Shown here: positions 24,512 to 36,924 of the stretch, in pieces
Position numbering within the stretch: the stretch's first letter is position 1
Layout of the letters: every line of letters starts with the position of its first letter
Source: Neovahlkampfia damariscottae
Lineage: Eukaryota
Length of the DNA stretch: 40,735 nt
Reading direction: 5' to 3'
Assembly: GCA_016618085.1 (NCBI GenBank)
Contig: JABLTG010000011.1
Coordinates: 186,001-226,735 of the forward strand
Program-made: the position numbers and the translations under genes
The notes under the pieces: generated by a model
What the model was told of the DNA's origin: nothing
What the model saw: only the letters and a program-made list of their open reading frames with translations
Database searches by the model: none

Positions 24512-25710
24512 TTATAATTCATCATGTTGTTGAATATCATCAATAAAACTATTTTTAGATTGTTCATTATTTTTATATTTTTCACCATAAGATATAAATA
24601 TTGATATAGTCATTCTTGGTTCACCATATTTCTTTTCAATATATTTTGATTTAAATTCATTTTCAATTTTATTCATTTGTTCAAAACTATAAAAGAAGAA
24701 TATAATTGGTGGAATATTATTATTACCTTATCTTTTTTAAATCATATAAATTCTTTAAATTATATGGATAAATCATTGGTAAAAACTTTTTAATACCATC
24801 TTTATATTGATCTGAAGAAACATATAATAAATCATGTTTAATATTTAAGAATCCATTATTCTTTAAATTTAAATATAAATTTGATCCACTTGATCCATTT
24901 GATCTTGGTTTTTTATTAATTTGTGATATAACTCTAGTAATTATAAATTAATAAAAATCATACTTGAATCCTTTTGATTGTGGTATTGAACAAGATCTAC
25001 ATTCTGGATAAACAAAATCAGGATAATCTTGATCTGAATCAACAATAATAAACTTTCCACCTGGTTTTAATATTCTCATCATTTCTTTATTTGCTTTTTC
25101 AATTGGATCTTTAATATCTTTTACATGATAAATATGTTGATATACAAATCTAGAAATAATTACATCAAAATGATTGGAAGGTAATTTAGTATTAAAAATA
25201 GATCCTTGTAAATTATTCATTCTACTACGATATTTTGGATGATTCTCATTATATTCTTCATTAAATGAAACAAATTTATCATCTATTTCCATACAAGTTA
25301 TTCTTATTTTTTTATTTTGATCTATTAATGATCTAGAAAATGCACCAGGTCCACATCCTTATATTTTTTTAATTTTTTAATTTTTATCAAACCAATCTCA
25401 AAATATTTTAAATTTAATCAAATTCATACGTCTTTTTAAAAATTAAAAAATAATATTTCAAACCTAAAACTTCAAAATAATCCTTTTTAGATGGAAATAC
25501 ATTATAATGAATTAATTGTTGATATTCTTTTGGAAATAAAACATCAACTTGTGATTGAAAGAATTCATAATCAAGTTTTACATCTCTTATAACACGATCA
25601 TCTATATCACCACTGTCCTTTTCAGCTTGAATAGTATTTCCAGTGAAAGTTGAAATACTTTCTTTTGAGTTCACCAAAAACAAACAAAGAAAAAGAAAAA
25701 ATATTTTCAT
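24512..25710 (-). CDS. Class I SAM-dependent methyltransferase with signal peptide and C-terminal HDEL, 5 introns
   Basis: Spliced VLDIGCGPG motif I, FDVIISRFVYQH, RILKPGGKF; N-terminus MKIFFLFLCLFLVNS; ends QQHDEL*. Confidence 0.88.
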
Positions 25711-25722
25711 TGGTTAAATTAT

Positions 25723-26870
25723 TTATTCAGAAAGTTTCTTTTTTAAATATTCATACATCATCTAAAATTAAGAAAATATTATATTTACCATTATAATAGC
25801 ACTATTTGGAGCAGAGTACATAATTCTAGCACCTAAACCTTTATAAAATGTATTAACACCCTTTTTATGAATATATTTTAGATTATTTATTTCAAACTTC
25901 TTCTTTTAATATTTTTGTAAATGCATCCTTAAAATTTTTATAAATTTCATTTGAATTTAAATCTTTGTTTCTTCTTTGTACTTGAAATCTTGTTTTTATT
26001 ACATCTAATGGATTTGTTATTATTGCTGCAATTGAATTTGAAATAGATGCACTTATTAAATGTGAATAAAATGGTATTTCATCTCTTTTAAAATAATTAA
26101 TAAATATTTTTTTAATTTGTTCATATCCACTAAAGTGTGTTAAAATAGATATATTAAAAATTTTACAAAAAATAAATAGCTGAATTTGGACCAAATGTAC
26201 CTAAAGTAATCCAATATCCTTTATATAATTGTCTAATACCATCATTCTTGACTACTTTAAATACTTCTCTAAAACCATTGGAATGACTTCTTGAAACTTG
26301 TAATCTTTCTTTCATTACATCCTAATTTATAATATAGTTGATAAATTTAATTATTAATTTACATGTGGAACCCAAAAAATACCTTCTCATTAAATTTTAA
26401 AAATAAAGTATGGAAATACATGAAACTGTTTCTGCTAAAAACCCACTGGTGAATTGAACAAAAAAAGATTCTTTATCAAATTGATTTGATAAAATATTCT
26501 TGAAGATGTCATATGATCCAAGAAATACAGCATTTGCTGGCCCTGAAAATGCAACAGCAACTAGAAATATTTAATTCAAGTTTTCACTTCAAAATTACCA
26601 CCCAATCCTATTTTTACTTTAATCATCAATAAAATATTCACCTCGATAAAATCCTTTAAATCCTTCGTATTTATGAATCGTTTGAAACGCATGAAAATTA
26701 CTTTTATACAATTCATTTCCTCCTTTTGATAAAGCAGTAAAAGCACTAGTTTTCTTTTGAACTTGCAATCTAGCCTTTATTGTATCAATTGGATGTAATA
26801 TAATTCGACTGGTTATTCCAGAAATTGAACTTGCAATAACAACATTACTGAAGGTGAGATTTTCTGACAT
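25723..26870 (-). CDS. Mitochondrial carrier (SLC25) family protein, 7 introns
   Basis: Three signature repeats: PIDTIKARLQ, PHDVMKERLQ, PLDVIKTRFQ; FYRGLG and FYKGLGAR. Confidence 0.93.
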
Positions 26871-26935
26871 TCTATTGGTATAAATTAACCAATCAATTTC
26901 AATTTTTTTACCGCCAAAACTAAACTGACTCAACA

Positions 26936-28137
26936 ATGCTTGGTGAACAATGGGTAAGATGGATCAATGCCACATTTACAAGATTACAAAAAATAAAAAC
27001 TATTGATGATCTTTCTGATGGAGTACATATGTACAAGATGTTATGTGAAGTGTAAGAAAACAAAAAAAACAAACAATTCAAATTTTTAGTTCACCTTCAT
27101 TTGATATTGGAAACTTCTTCATTACAAATAAAAAGAAGAATTTAGATATTTTAGTTGAACATATTGGATCATATTATTGCAAGTAAGAATATTATTTCAA
27201 CCTAAAATATTGAAGTGTTTTACAATGTGAAGTTACGTTTGATTTAAATATGGAAGAACTTTATGAAGGAAATCGACAAGAAATTATTTCCATTTTACAA
27301 CTTGTTATTGGTATAATATTTGCACCAAAATATCCAAGTAATAGTAGAGATATAATTTTAAAGAATATGAAAACACTTTCAATTAAAGATCAAGAAAGTA
27401 TTATGAATGTAATTGATAATATAGTAGATAGATATGATCTTGATTATAAAGAGAAATCATTTAATATTAGTACAACTAGTACATCTAGTCCATTTTTATC
27501 AAGAAAATCATTTTCTAATCAAATGTCAATATTTGAAGATCGTAATAGAGAATTAATAGAAGAAATTGATATATTAAAATTAAAAATACAAGAAGATTTA
27601 GATTCAAAAAAAAGATTAGAAGAAATTGTTAAATCATTAAAAAGTTCAAATAAGAATATTGAAAAAAAGAATGAAGAATTAAAAAAGAAAAATAAAATTT
27701 ATGAAAAAGAAAATAAAAATTATGAAGAAAGAAATAAAGAATTAGAATTAACTATTGAAAATTTAATGAAGAATAATACAAAATTTAAAAAAGAATATGA
27801 AAAATATTTAAATGTAGAAAAAGAAAAGAAAGAATTTGAAAGAAAATATAATTATTTAAAAGAAAGAATAAATGATGAAAATAAGAATTCAAATTCAAAA
27901 ATTGAAGAATTAATTAAATTAAATCAAAGTTTAAATCAAGAAACAAAAAAAATAAAATCAAATGAATTAAATCAATTTAATGATTTAAAATTAGAAAATG
28001 AAAATTTAAAAAAACAATTATTATTTCAACAAAATGTATTTTTTAAAGAATTAAAAGAAGCAAAAGATAATTCAAATTTAGAATTAAAATTAATATCTTC
28101 TACTTTTTATTCAAATCAATTAAAAAAATTAAAATAA
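26936..28137 (+). CDS. Hook-like protein (N-terminal calponin-homology-like domain plus coiled coil), 2 introns
   Basis: WVRWINATF...IDDLSDGV..YKML; ILQLVIG; LSIKDQESIM; long coiled coil. Confidence 0.7.
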
Positions 28138-28164
28138 TAAAATAAATTTAATTGGTTGATCATT

Positions 28165-29775
28165 TTATAAATAGATTTCATTTAAAGGTTTCATTTCATT
28201 TTCAAATTTAGAGTATGGTATTAAATTTGATATTTCACCAAATATTTCATTTAATTCAAAATATTTGTCTAATATTTCATCATTATCTTTTAATATTTTG
28301 GTTAATTTAGAAATGGATGCTTCTTCTTCTATTTCTTCTTTTTGTTCAATAATCATTTCATCTTCTTTTTCTTCTTTAAATGAATTCTTTTTTTCTCTTT
28401 TTAAATCAATTTTACTTTGACCAATTGAATCAAAGAATATTTGAACTGATCTTTTTAATGCATTATAACACATAATAGCTTCATGTCTTTTATTTGAATC
28501 ATTTGATGTTAATTCAGGTTCTAAAAATTGATAAAATACTTTTAAATTTGAATTTTTTGATGGTTCTAATAATAATACTTTAGTGACCTATTTGACAATG
28601 ATTAAAATATAATGAATTACTTGAATTCCAAGAGATGTTATACCAACAATTGCACCATAATGAGTTGATCTTGGTTTTGTTGGATCTAAAAATGCATGAA
28701 GTAATGATTTTGTAATTCTTGGTTGAAGTGTATTGTAACAAGATGAAAACTTTTGACAAATGAATGCAATAATTTGTGCAGAGAAATCTCTTAATGACCA
28801 ATGATTTTCTTTTGGGTCTTCACATAATCTTTTACCAACTAAACAAGTTAAAATGGAAGGAATAAATTGATGAAGCTAAAAAAATTATTAATATTTATAT
28901 TTCTTACATATAATTCAACTTGTAAATTTGGATTTAAAATTAAAGAATATGTCATTTCCATTAAGTTTGTTAATAAATCTAATTTTCTTAAATTTTCAGT
29001 CACTTCTTGTGATATAAATTGTGAAAAATATGGTACTAATTGTTGAATACCTGCATCTGATGCTAAACTTCTTAATAAATCATCATTTCTTTTTCCTTTT
29101 TTTATTACTTCAATAACTTTTTCATAATACATTTGTAATTCAGCTGAAAGTACATGTTTAACAAGTGATTTAACTTCATGTTTATCTTCTTTAACTTCAT
29201 CTATTTTTTCTTCTTCAATTATTTTTTCGTTTTCTGGTTGAGTTGGATTTTGTGATATTCTTTTTTTTTTTTTAAAAAGAAATAATAATTACTTTGGTTG
29301 TACACCTTCAATAGCTAACCAATGTGATCCAATAGTTGGTCCAACTGGTATTTTTGGTAAAGTAGTTTGTAAAATATCTTGAATCTTCATTTCTGAATCT
29401 TGAATAAAATATAACTTTCTATTTGGTACTTTTTTAAATCCTTCTTCTTTTCTTTGTTTATACCCATAAATTGACTTGATATTAAAACTTTAAAACTAAC
29501 CTCAATATTTTTTAACTTTAGTGCATGATTTATATCTTCTACTTGAAGTTTATTTCTTTTTGAATGTTTCATAAATTTTAATGATTCTTGAACTATTTCT
29601 CTAATTCTATATTCAACATCAGTTGCAAGTGTTTGACAAACATCATCTAAAAGTTTAAAAAAAGAAAATAAACCTTTTAATCTTTTTAAAAAAAATAAAT
29701 ATCATTTTAATTTAAATACCTTGGTAATCCTTTTGATTGAGCTATAACTTGTATAGATTCTTTTTGAATGCTCAT
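28165..29775 (-). CDS. TAF6: TFIID subunit TAF6, 5 introns
   Basis: DVEYRIREIVQE..KFMKHSKR, HWLAIEGVQP, HVLSAELQMYY, DAGIQQLVPYF, NHWSLRDFSA, THYGAIVG. Confidence 0.95.
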
Positions 29776-29844
29776 GTTTTATTGTTGTTGTTTAGTGTTC
29801 AACGATAAGTTTGAGTTAACCAATGAAACTAAACTTAAATCAAA

Positions 29845-31741
29845 ATGAAAAAAAGAAAGAGAGAAACATTAAATTTAGTTTTATTTGGAACTCCAATATT
29901 TTTAGGTGAAGAAGAGAATAAAGATGCAATGAAGATACAAGGAAAATATGTACCTGAACATCAACAAGTTGTAAAAGATGAACAAGGAAGAAGAAGATTT
30001 CATGGTGCCTTCACTGGTGGTTTTTCTGCTGGTTATTTTAATACAGTTGGTTCTGCTGAAGGATTTACACCTTCTACTTTTTCAAGTTCAAGAATGAAAG
30101 ATGGTAAAAATAAAATGAATAGAAGAGGTATTACTGATTTTATGGATGAAGAAGATTTAAAAGATATAAATTCAAATTTACAAACTAATGAAGAATATTC
30201 ATTTCAAAGTAGTTTGGATGAAAAAAAAGAAAAAACAATTAGTGATTTAATTATACCAAAAAAAGATTCAATTGGAGTAAGATTACTTGAAAAAATGAAT
30301 TGGAAAAAAGGAGAAGGAATTGGAAATAAAATAAAAATACAGTAAATTTAAAAATATATTTTAAAAAAAAAAAAAAAAAAGAAAAAAAAAGTATGGAGTT
30401 AGTTTACCTGGACAAGAAGAAGAAAGAAATATTATTGAAATATCAAGAAAGGATATATTTGTTGAAATATTAAAACCAAAAGATAATTTATTTGGTATTG
30501 ATTTTGATCCACATGAAAATTTAAAAGAAATAAAAGAAATAAAAAATAATACAATGAATATATCATCTGGATTTACAATGAATGAAGAAGATGAAATGAA
30601 TGAAATATATAATGTTGAAGATTTAAAAAATAAAGAAATAATACAACAACATGAAGAAGAAGAAGAAGAAGAAGAAAAAGAAAAAGAAGAAACAAATAAA
30701 GTAATGAATAATTCAATGAATAATATGTTTGGATTCATTTTATCAAAAAAAAAAGAAAATCATTTTTTAAAAGAATTTAAAAATATAAATGTACCATTAA
30801 ATTTTAAACCATCACCAACATTAATATTTGATGAAAATGAAAAGACTAAAATACAATCCATTTCAAAAAGAAGTGAATTATTAAATGAAAAGATATTACC
30901 TTCAAAACCAAAGATTGAAAAGAATGAAAAGGATTTTAAAAAATTACCAGATATTATGAAATCTAGATTTGTATTTGCATCTAATGAAATAGATTCAATT
31001 CAACCATCTATTTCATCAGGTTTATATGAATCAAAACCAATAAAAAAAGAAGAAATTATAAAAAAGAAATCAAAAAGAATTATATATGAATGGTATCCAG
31101 ATAGATTATTATCAAAAAGATTTGATATTCAACATCCAAATATTGAAATTAATTTTACTGGAACAAAAAGAAATTCAACATTATCTAAACCAAAAGTATA
31201 TGATAATTTAAATATTGGTGCTGAAATTGATTTATTTGAAAGATTAAATAATGAAGAAAAAGAAATAAATAATGAATCATCAGAAATAAATGAAATGAAA
31301 AGACCATCTATTGATATTTTTAAAGAAATATTTGAACCAAAAGAAGAAGAAGAAGAAGAAGTAAATAATAATGAAATATTGAATGAAGAAGAAGAAGAAG
31401 AAGAAGATATCATTATTGAAAATGAAGAAGAAGTGAATGAAGATGATATATTTACACCAAATCAAAAAACAAATCTTATGTCAAATGATCAATTAAATAA
31501 AAAAAAAATGGATAATATTTTAATATCAACTAAATTGAATAATGAATCTAATAAAATTAAATCAGACTTTTTATTAGATGATGAAGAAGAGGATCATGTT
31601 GATAATTTTAAACCAATTTATGTTCCACAAAATAAAATAAAGCAGAGTAATAAAAAAGAAGAGTCAAAAGTAGAACAAAAATCATTGAAAGATTTAAAAA
31701 AAGAATTAAAAAAATTAAAAAAACAATTAAAAAAAAAATAA
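29845..31741 (+). CDS. GPATCH1: G-patch domain protein 1 (GPATCH1/TGH-like splicing factor), 1 intron
   Basis: VKDEQGRRRFHGAFTGGFSAGYFNTVGS, DFMDEED, SIGVRLLEKMNWKKGEGIG, EWYPDRLLSKRF. Confidence 0.92.
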
Positions 31742-31808
31742 AAATTTGACCAATCATCTTTTTGATCTCTTTGGTTTGGGTTTGACAACACCATATTTTT
31801 GAATAGAA

Positions 31809-34800
31809 ATGGATAGAAGAGATGCTACCATAGAACAACTTGAACATTTTATGAATGAAGAAAAAAAAGAAATTGGAATACAAGAAACAAATCAAATTGA
31901 AGTTTTAAAAAAATTTGAACAAATATATTTCTCTATTGGATCTTCAAAATTAAATATAAATCATAGAATTAAAATAATTAAAGACTTTTATTTATTTTTA
32001 AAAGAAAAGAAGTAAAAAAAAAAAAAAAAAAAGAAAATATTAACAAGTTATAGTTTATCAAGTTATAAGTTTGATTTAAAAAAGTTTTGGATAAATATTA
32101 AAGATATATTTAATGAAAATGAAAATAATAATGAAGAGTTAATTAATATAACATGTGAATTAATAACATTATATTTAAATGGAATACATGAAAATGAAAA
32201 TATATTTGATCAAGAAATAACAACTATTATTGAAATATATTTAAAAATATTACAAAATCAAAGAATAGATGGAAATTTAAAAATTAATTTTTTAAAAATG
32301 ATAACCAATAATGGAAAGAATATATCAAATTTTAATTCAGATTTATTAATTGAATTCATTTTAAAATTAATAATTGAATTAAAAGATAATAATGAAGAAG
32401 AAGAAATGATTACAATTTCAAATTTAAACTTTTTAAATTCTATTTTAAGATTTAGTTTTAATGATTTAAATTTTTCAATCATTAATAAAATTATTGATCA
32501 AATATTAATTTTATTTAAAAAGAAGAGATTATTAAAATATTTATTAATAATTTATGAAACAATAATTGAATTTGGAAATATACCATCACAAAATATTAAA
32601 TCATTTTGTTTTTTATTTTGTCAAACTATAAATATAAAAGAATTAAGTGAAGAAACAACATTAATTATGAATAAAATGTTAAAAAGTACATATGGTCAAA
32701 GAACATTTCAATTATTATTAGATATTTTAAATTATTCAGATAGTTTACAATTATATAGAGGTGCAACTTATTTTTTAGGTCAAACAATGTGGGGTTCAAA
32801 ATATTCAATTGAAAAAATTAAAAAGAATAATAATAGAAGTTTAGTTTTAAATTCATTTTTAAAAGTAATGACTCATCAAAATGAATTAGTTTCATATGAA
32901 ATTTTATTAATTTTAAATCAATTAATTTCTTCAAATGATTTAATTCATTCTTATGAATGGGATTTAATTATTCAAATTTTAATTAAAATATCAACTTTAA
33001 ATTTCTTTTCAAAATTTGAAGTTTCAAAAGAAATTAATTTAATTTTAGTTTCAATTATAAATTTATTTAAAGAAGAAAAATATTTTGGTGAAGAAGATGA
33101 TTTCTTTAAATTAATGAAAATTTATAAAAACTTTTTAAATGAAGAAGAAATTTATTTTTTAATTTCATTAAATTTTGAAAAACAAAAAATACATCCTTCA
33201 ATAAATGATTGGAAAATTAAATTAAAAGATGAAATATTTAATTATTTTTTAAATGAAAAAAGAGAAAAAGTAAAAATAAATTTAATAGAGAATTTACAAC
33301 TCTTCTTTTTTAAATTTAAAAATATTTATTCAGATGAAATATTAGATGAAATATTACCTATATTTGAATTTTCAAATTTAGATTCTTCTAAAAATATATT
33401 AAATATATCCATTAACTTTTTAGTTAAAATTATGAAAGAACTTTCAACTTTAAAAAAATTTAATCAATTAGTTTATTTATTAGATAAATTTATACAACAA
33501 GATTTATTTAAAAATATTTCTTTATTTTCTTTAAAACAAATGATTGAAATATTTAAAATTAAATTCATTTCATTACCTTGTTCTGAATCAAATATAATTT
33601 TTATTACTTTAATTAAAACATTAGAACATAAATCAAATGAAATTAAATTAGAAATTTTAAATTATTTTTTAACTTTAAAATCAGATAAAAAATATAAATT
33701 ACAATTAAATGGAATTGTTTCACCTTATTTAAAATGTCATTCAACTGATTTAGTTAGAACTATTTCTTGGGTTTTACCTGTTTCTTTATTTATTGATCAA
33801 TTAATTGATCAAATGTCAATTGAAAATGATTATCAAATATTTAATTTAATGTTAATTGGTTTAAAAGATATTTTTATAAATTTAGTTAGTCTTTTATTTG
33901 TTTTAAAAAAAATGATTTAGTATATTTTAAAAGGTAAAATTTAATTAATATTAATCTTAAAGATACACCAATATCAAAAATTATATATCTTTTATGTAAT
34001 ATTTTAACAAAAAGATCATCATTCATTTTTGAAAAATCAAAATTAATGAGTGAACCAAATTGTTGTTTATCTTTTATTGAAATATTAAATATTATTATTG
34101 GTTTAAAATTTTATTTAAATGATGTTCAAAGAGAAAATATAATAACTTCATTTTTATTCATTTTATTTAAATTAGAAAAATTAGGGAATGAAGAAGAATA
34201 TATTATTAAATTAATGGTATATTTTTATAACATTATTTTTAAATTTTAAAATAGAGGAGATGTATTGAAGGATTGAATATTTGTATTTCTGAATTAAAAA
34301 AAGAAGTTAATTCTTCATTAGAAACTATTTTATCATTCTTTTCAAGATTAGAATACGAAAAACATAAATCAATTATATTTCCAATTTTTAGTTTTTTACA
34401 TAATTTAGGATTATCATTGAAAAATGATTGTTCAATTTATTCAGAGACTGTATTCTCAATTTGTTTAAAATTTTTAAATGAAAATGTAAAATTATTTTTC
34501 TTCTTTTAACCATTCCTATTTAGGTAATATTATATAATTATTTATTTTATTAAAATAGTATCCAAATGACATTTTATCCATTGTTAATAGAGTCATTTGT
34601 GTTTGGTTTATTAAAATAAATTCATCATCAAGAGAATTAATAATGAAAGAATATTTACCAATACTTTATACTTTATTAGAAAAATCAACAATAGTTGAAA
34701 CAACCATTGATTTTGTAAGAATAATAATTATTTAATTCAATTTAGATGATTAAATATACATGTAATAATATATTAATTTTTCTAATTCTATTTTTAGATA

Positions 34801-36867
34801 TGGAGATTGAACAAAATATATTAATTAAGAATTATGTAAATAAATTATTTACAGGGAATCCATATAAAGCATGGACATTAGGTAATGGTATATTAACAGC
34901 ACAATCTGGTAGATTTGGATTTGTATTATTGAGATTTAGAAGAGCAACAGGTACCATTGTATGGACAATGAGATTATTAAATTCAATTAAAGAAAAGGAT
35001 TCAAATGAATTAACAAATTCAAATTTCTCATCATCTAATAATTCAACAAATGATTTAATTAATAATCTTAAAAATACATCATCACCTTCTTCAATATTTT
35101 CAAATACAACTTTTGAAATAAATAAAGAAGATGTAATTAATTCAAATATTGAAATGAAAAGTTTAAGATCAAGTTCAATTACTTCAGTTGAAGATTTAAA
35201 TGAATTGAAACAAAAATATCAAAGTAGTATTGAAAATAATGATGAAGATGATACAAGATTATATTTAACTTTAAATTCATTAAATGAATTAATTGGTGAA
35301 ATTCAAATTGAAAAGTTTGATCCTTTACCTTCTTATGAATCAAATAAAATGGATGTTCAAAAAATTGAATCAAATAAAATAGAAGATCAAAAAATAAACA
35401 AAAAAAAATTTGATTTTAAAAGTATGCTATCTCCAAGAAGTCAACCTGAAATTAGATTAAATTTACAAAAAGAATCATTTACACCATTTCCAACAAATTT
35501 AACATCACCAAGAAATAATTCAGATGAATTTGAAAAGAAAGATGAAATAGATCAATCACCACAAATACAAAATAGTATTCCATTGAATGATGATAATATT
35601 TATTCATTTCCTTCAACACCACCACCACCATCATCATCATCATCAACACAACCATTACAATCAACACAACCATCACCACAACAACAAACATCATCACCAC
35701 AAATATTATCATCATCTGGAACAACACCAATTGGAACTAATACATCCACTATTTCAATTGAACAAATGCCAACACCAATATTATCATCATCAAATAATGA
35801 AACTATTTTATTATCACCAAAATCAAATTCTAATTCACCAATAATTCAAAATTCAAAAGGAATATTAAATTCAAAGATTGAAATTAAAATTAAATCAAAT
35901 AAACAACAAATGAATACCAATGATAAAACAGTATTACATCCAAATTTTCCGTACATATTTTTAAGAAATTGGCCATTTTTATCAAAAGAAGAAGCGAAAG
36001 GATTAAATATTACTAAAGATTTAACCAGAGCATTAAATATGTTTGATTTAATTCAAACAACAGAAAATGCAAAGTTTGGTATTCTTTATATAAAAAAGAA
36101 TCAAAGTTTAGAATCTGAAATTTTGAAAAATGATCATGGATCACCAAGATATTTTGAATTTTTAAGTGAATTAGGTGATATTACATCATTGAGAGATTTA
36201 GAAGGTCAATTCACAGGTGGTTTAGATTCAAATGAATCATTAGTGGATGGTGAATTTGTATTAAGATATGAAGATCAAGTTACTACAATCATTTATCATG
36301 TAGCAACAATGATGCCAAATAATAAACATGATGAACAATCTATTTTAAAAAAAAGTCATATTGGAAATGATTATGTTACTATTATTTATTCAGAAAATTC
36401 AGATAGATATGATATTAGAACAATTTCTGTAAAATTTATAATATCTTTTTTAAATTTATTAGGGTGAATTTAATTATGTTCATATCATAATTTATCCATT
36501 AGAAATTGGATTAAATAGAGTTGAAGTCATGGCAAGAGATGATTTAGGTTTACCAAAATTTGGTCCTTTAATGAGATTTCAAATTGTATCAGATTCTGCT
36601 TTGTCTTCTTTAGTTAGATTGACAGCAATTCAAGCAAATGTAAATTCTTTATTTCTAATTATTTAAAAGATTGCAATTAATTCATATAGAAAATTAAAAG
36701 GTGAATTTGTTTCAAATTGGGAAGAGAGATTAAGACAGATAAAAAGTAAATTTCTAAAACAATAATTTAATTCTTATAAAGTTATAAAACAGAGATTCTC
36801 TAAAAACTTTCCAACTGATCCAACAGATGAATTAAGAGCTTCTATTGATGATTTTTTTGAAAATTAA
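31809..36867 (+). CDS. TSC2: Tuberin/TSC2-like protein with C-terminal Rap/Ran-GAP domain, >=10 introns
   Basis: RGATYFLG..WG, RVICVWF, AWTLGN, RRATG...W, LTRALNMFD, FTGGLD, YHVATMMP, KKSHIGNDYV (Asn thumb), SNWEERLRQIK, SIDDF at the end. Confidence 0.88.
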
Positions 36868-36924
36868 TTTTAAATAAAAATTTTCCGCTTTCAATTTTGA
36901 TTCGTCAATATTTTTCGTCTCAAG

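Noticed and set aside
31775..31784. Internal telomere-like GTTTGGGTTT
   Set aside because: Only ~1.5 units in a promoter spacer; compatible with chance
35479..35844. Poly-His and poly-Val/Met ORFs
   Set aside because: Shifted-frame or antisense readings of the Ser/Pro/Thr-rich TSC2 linker
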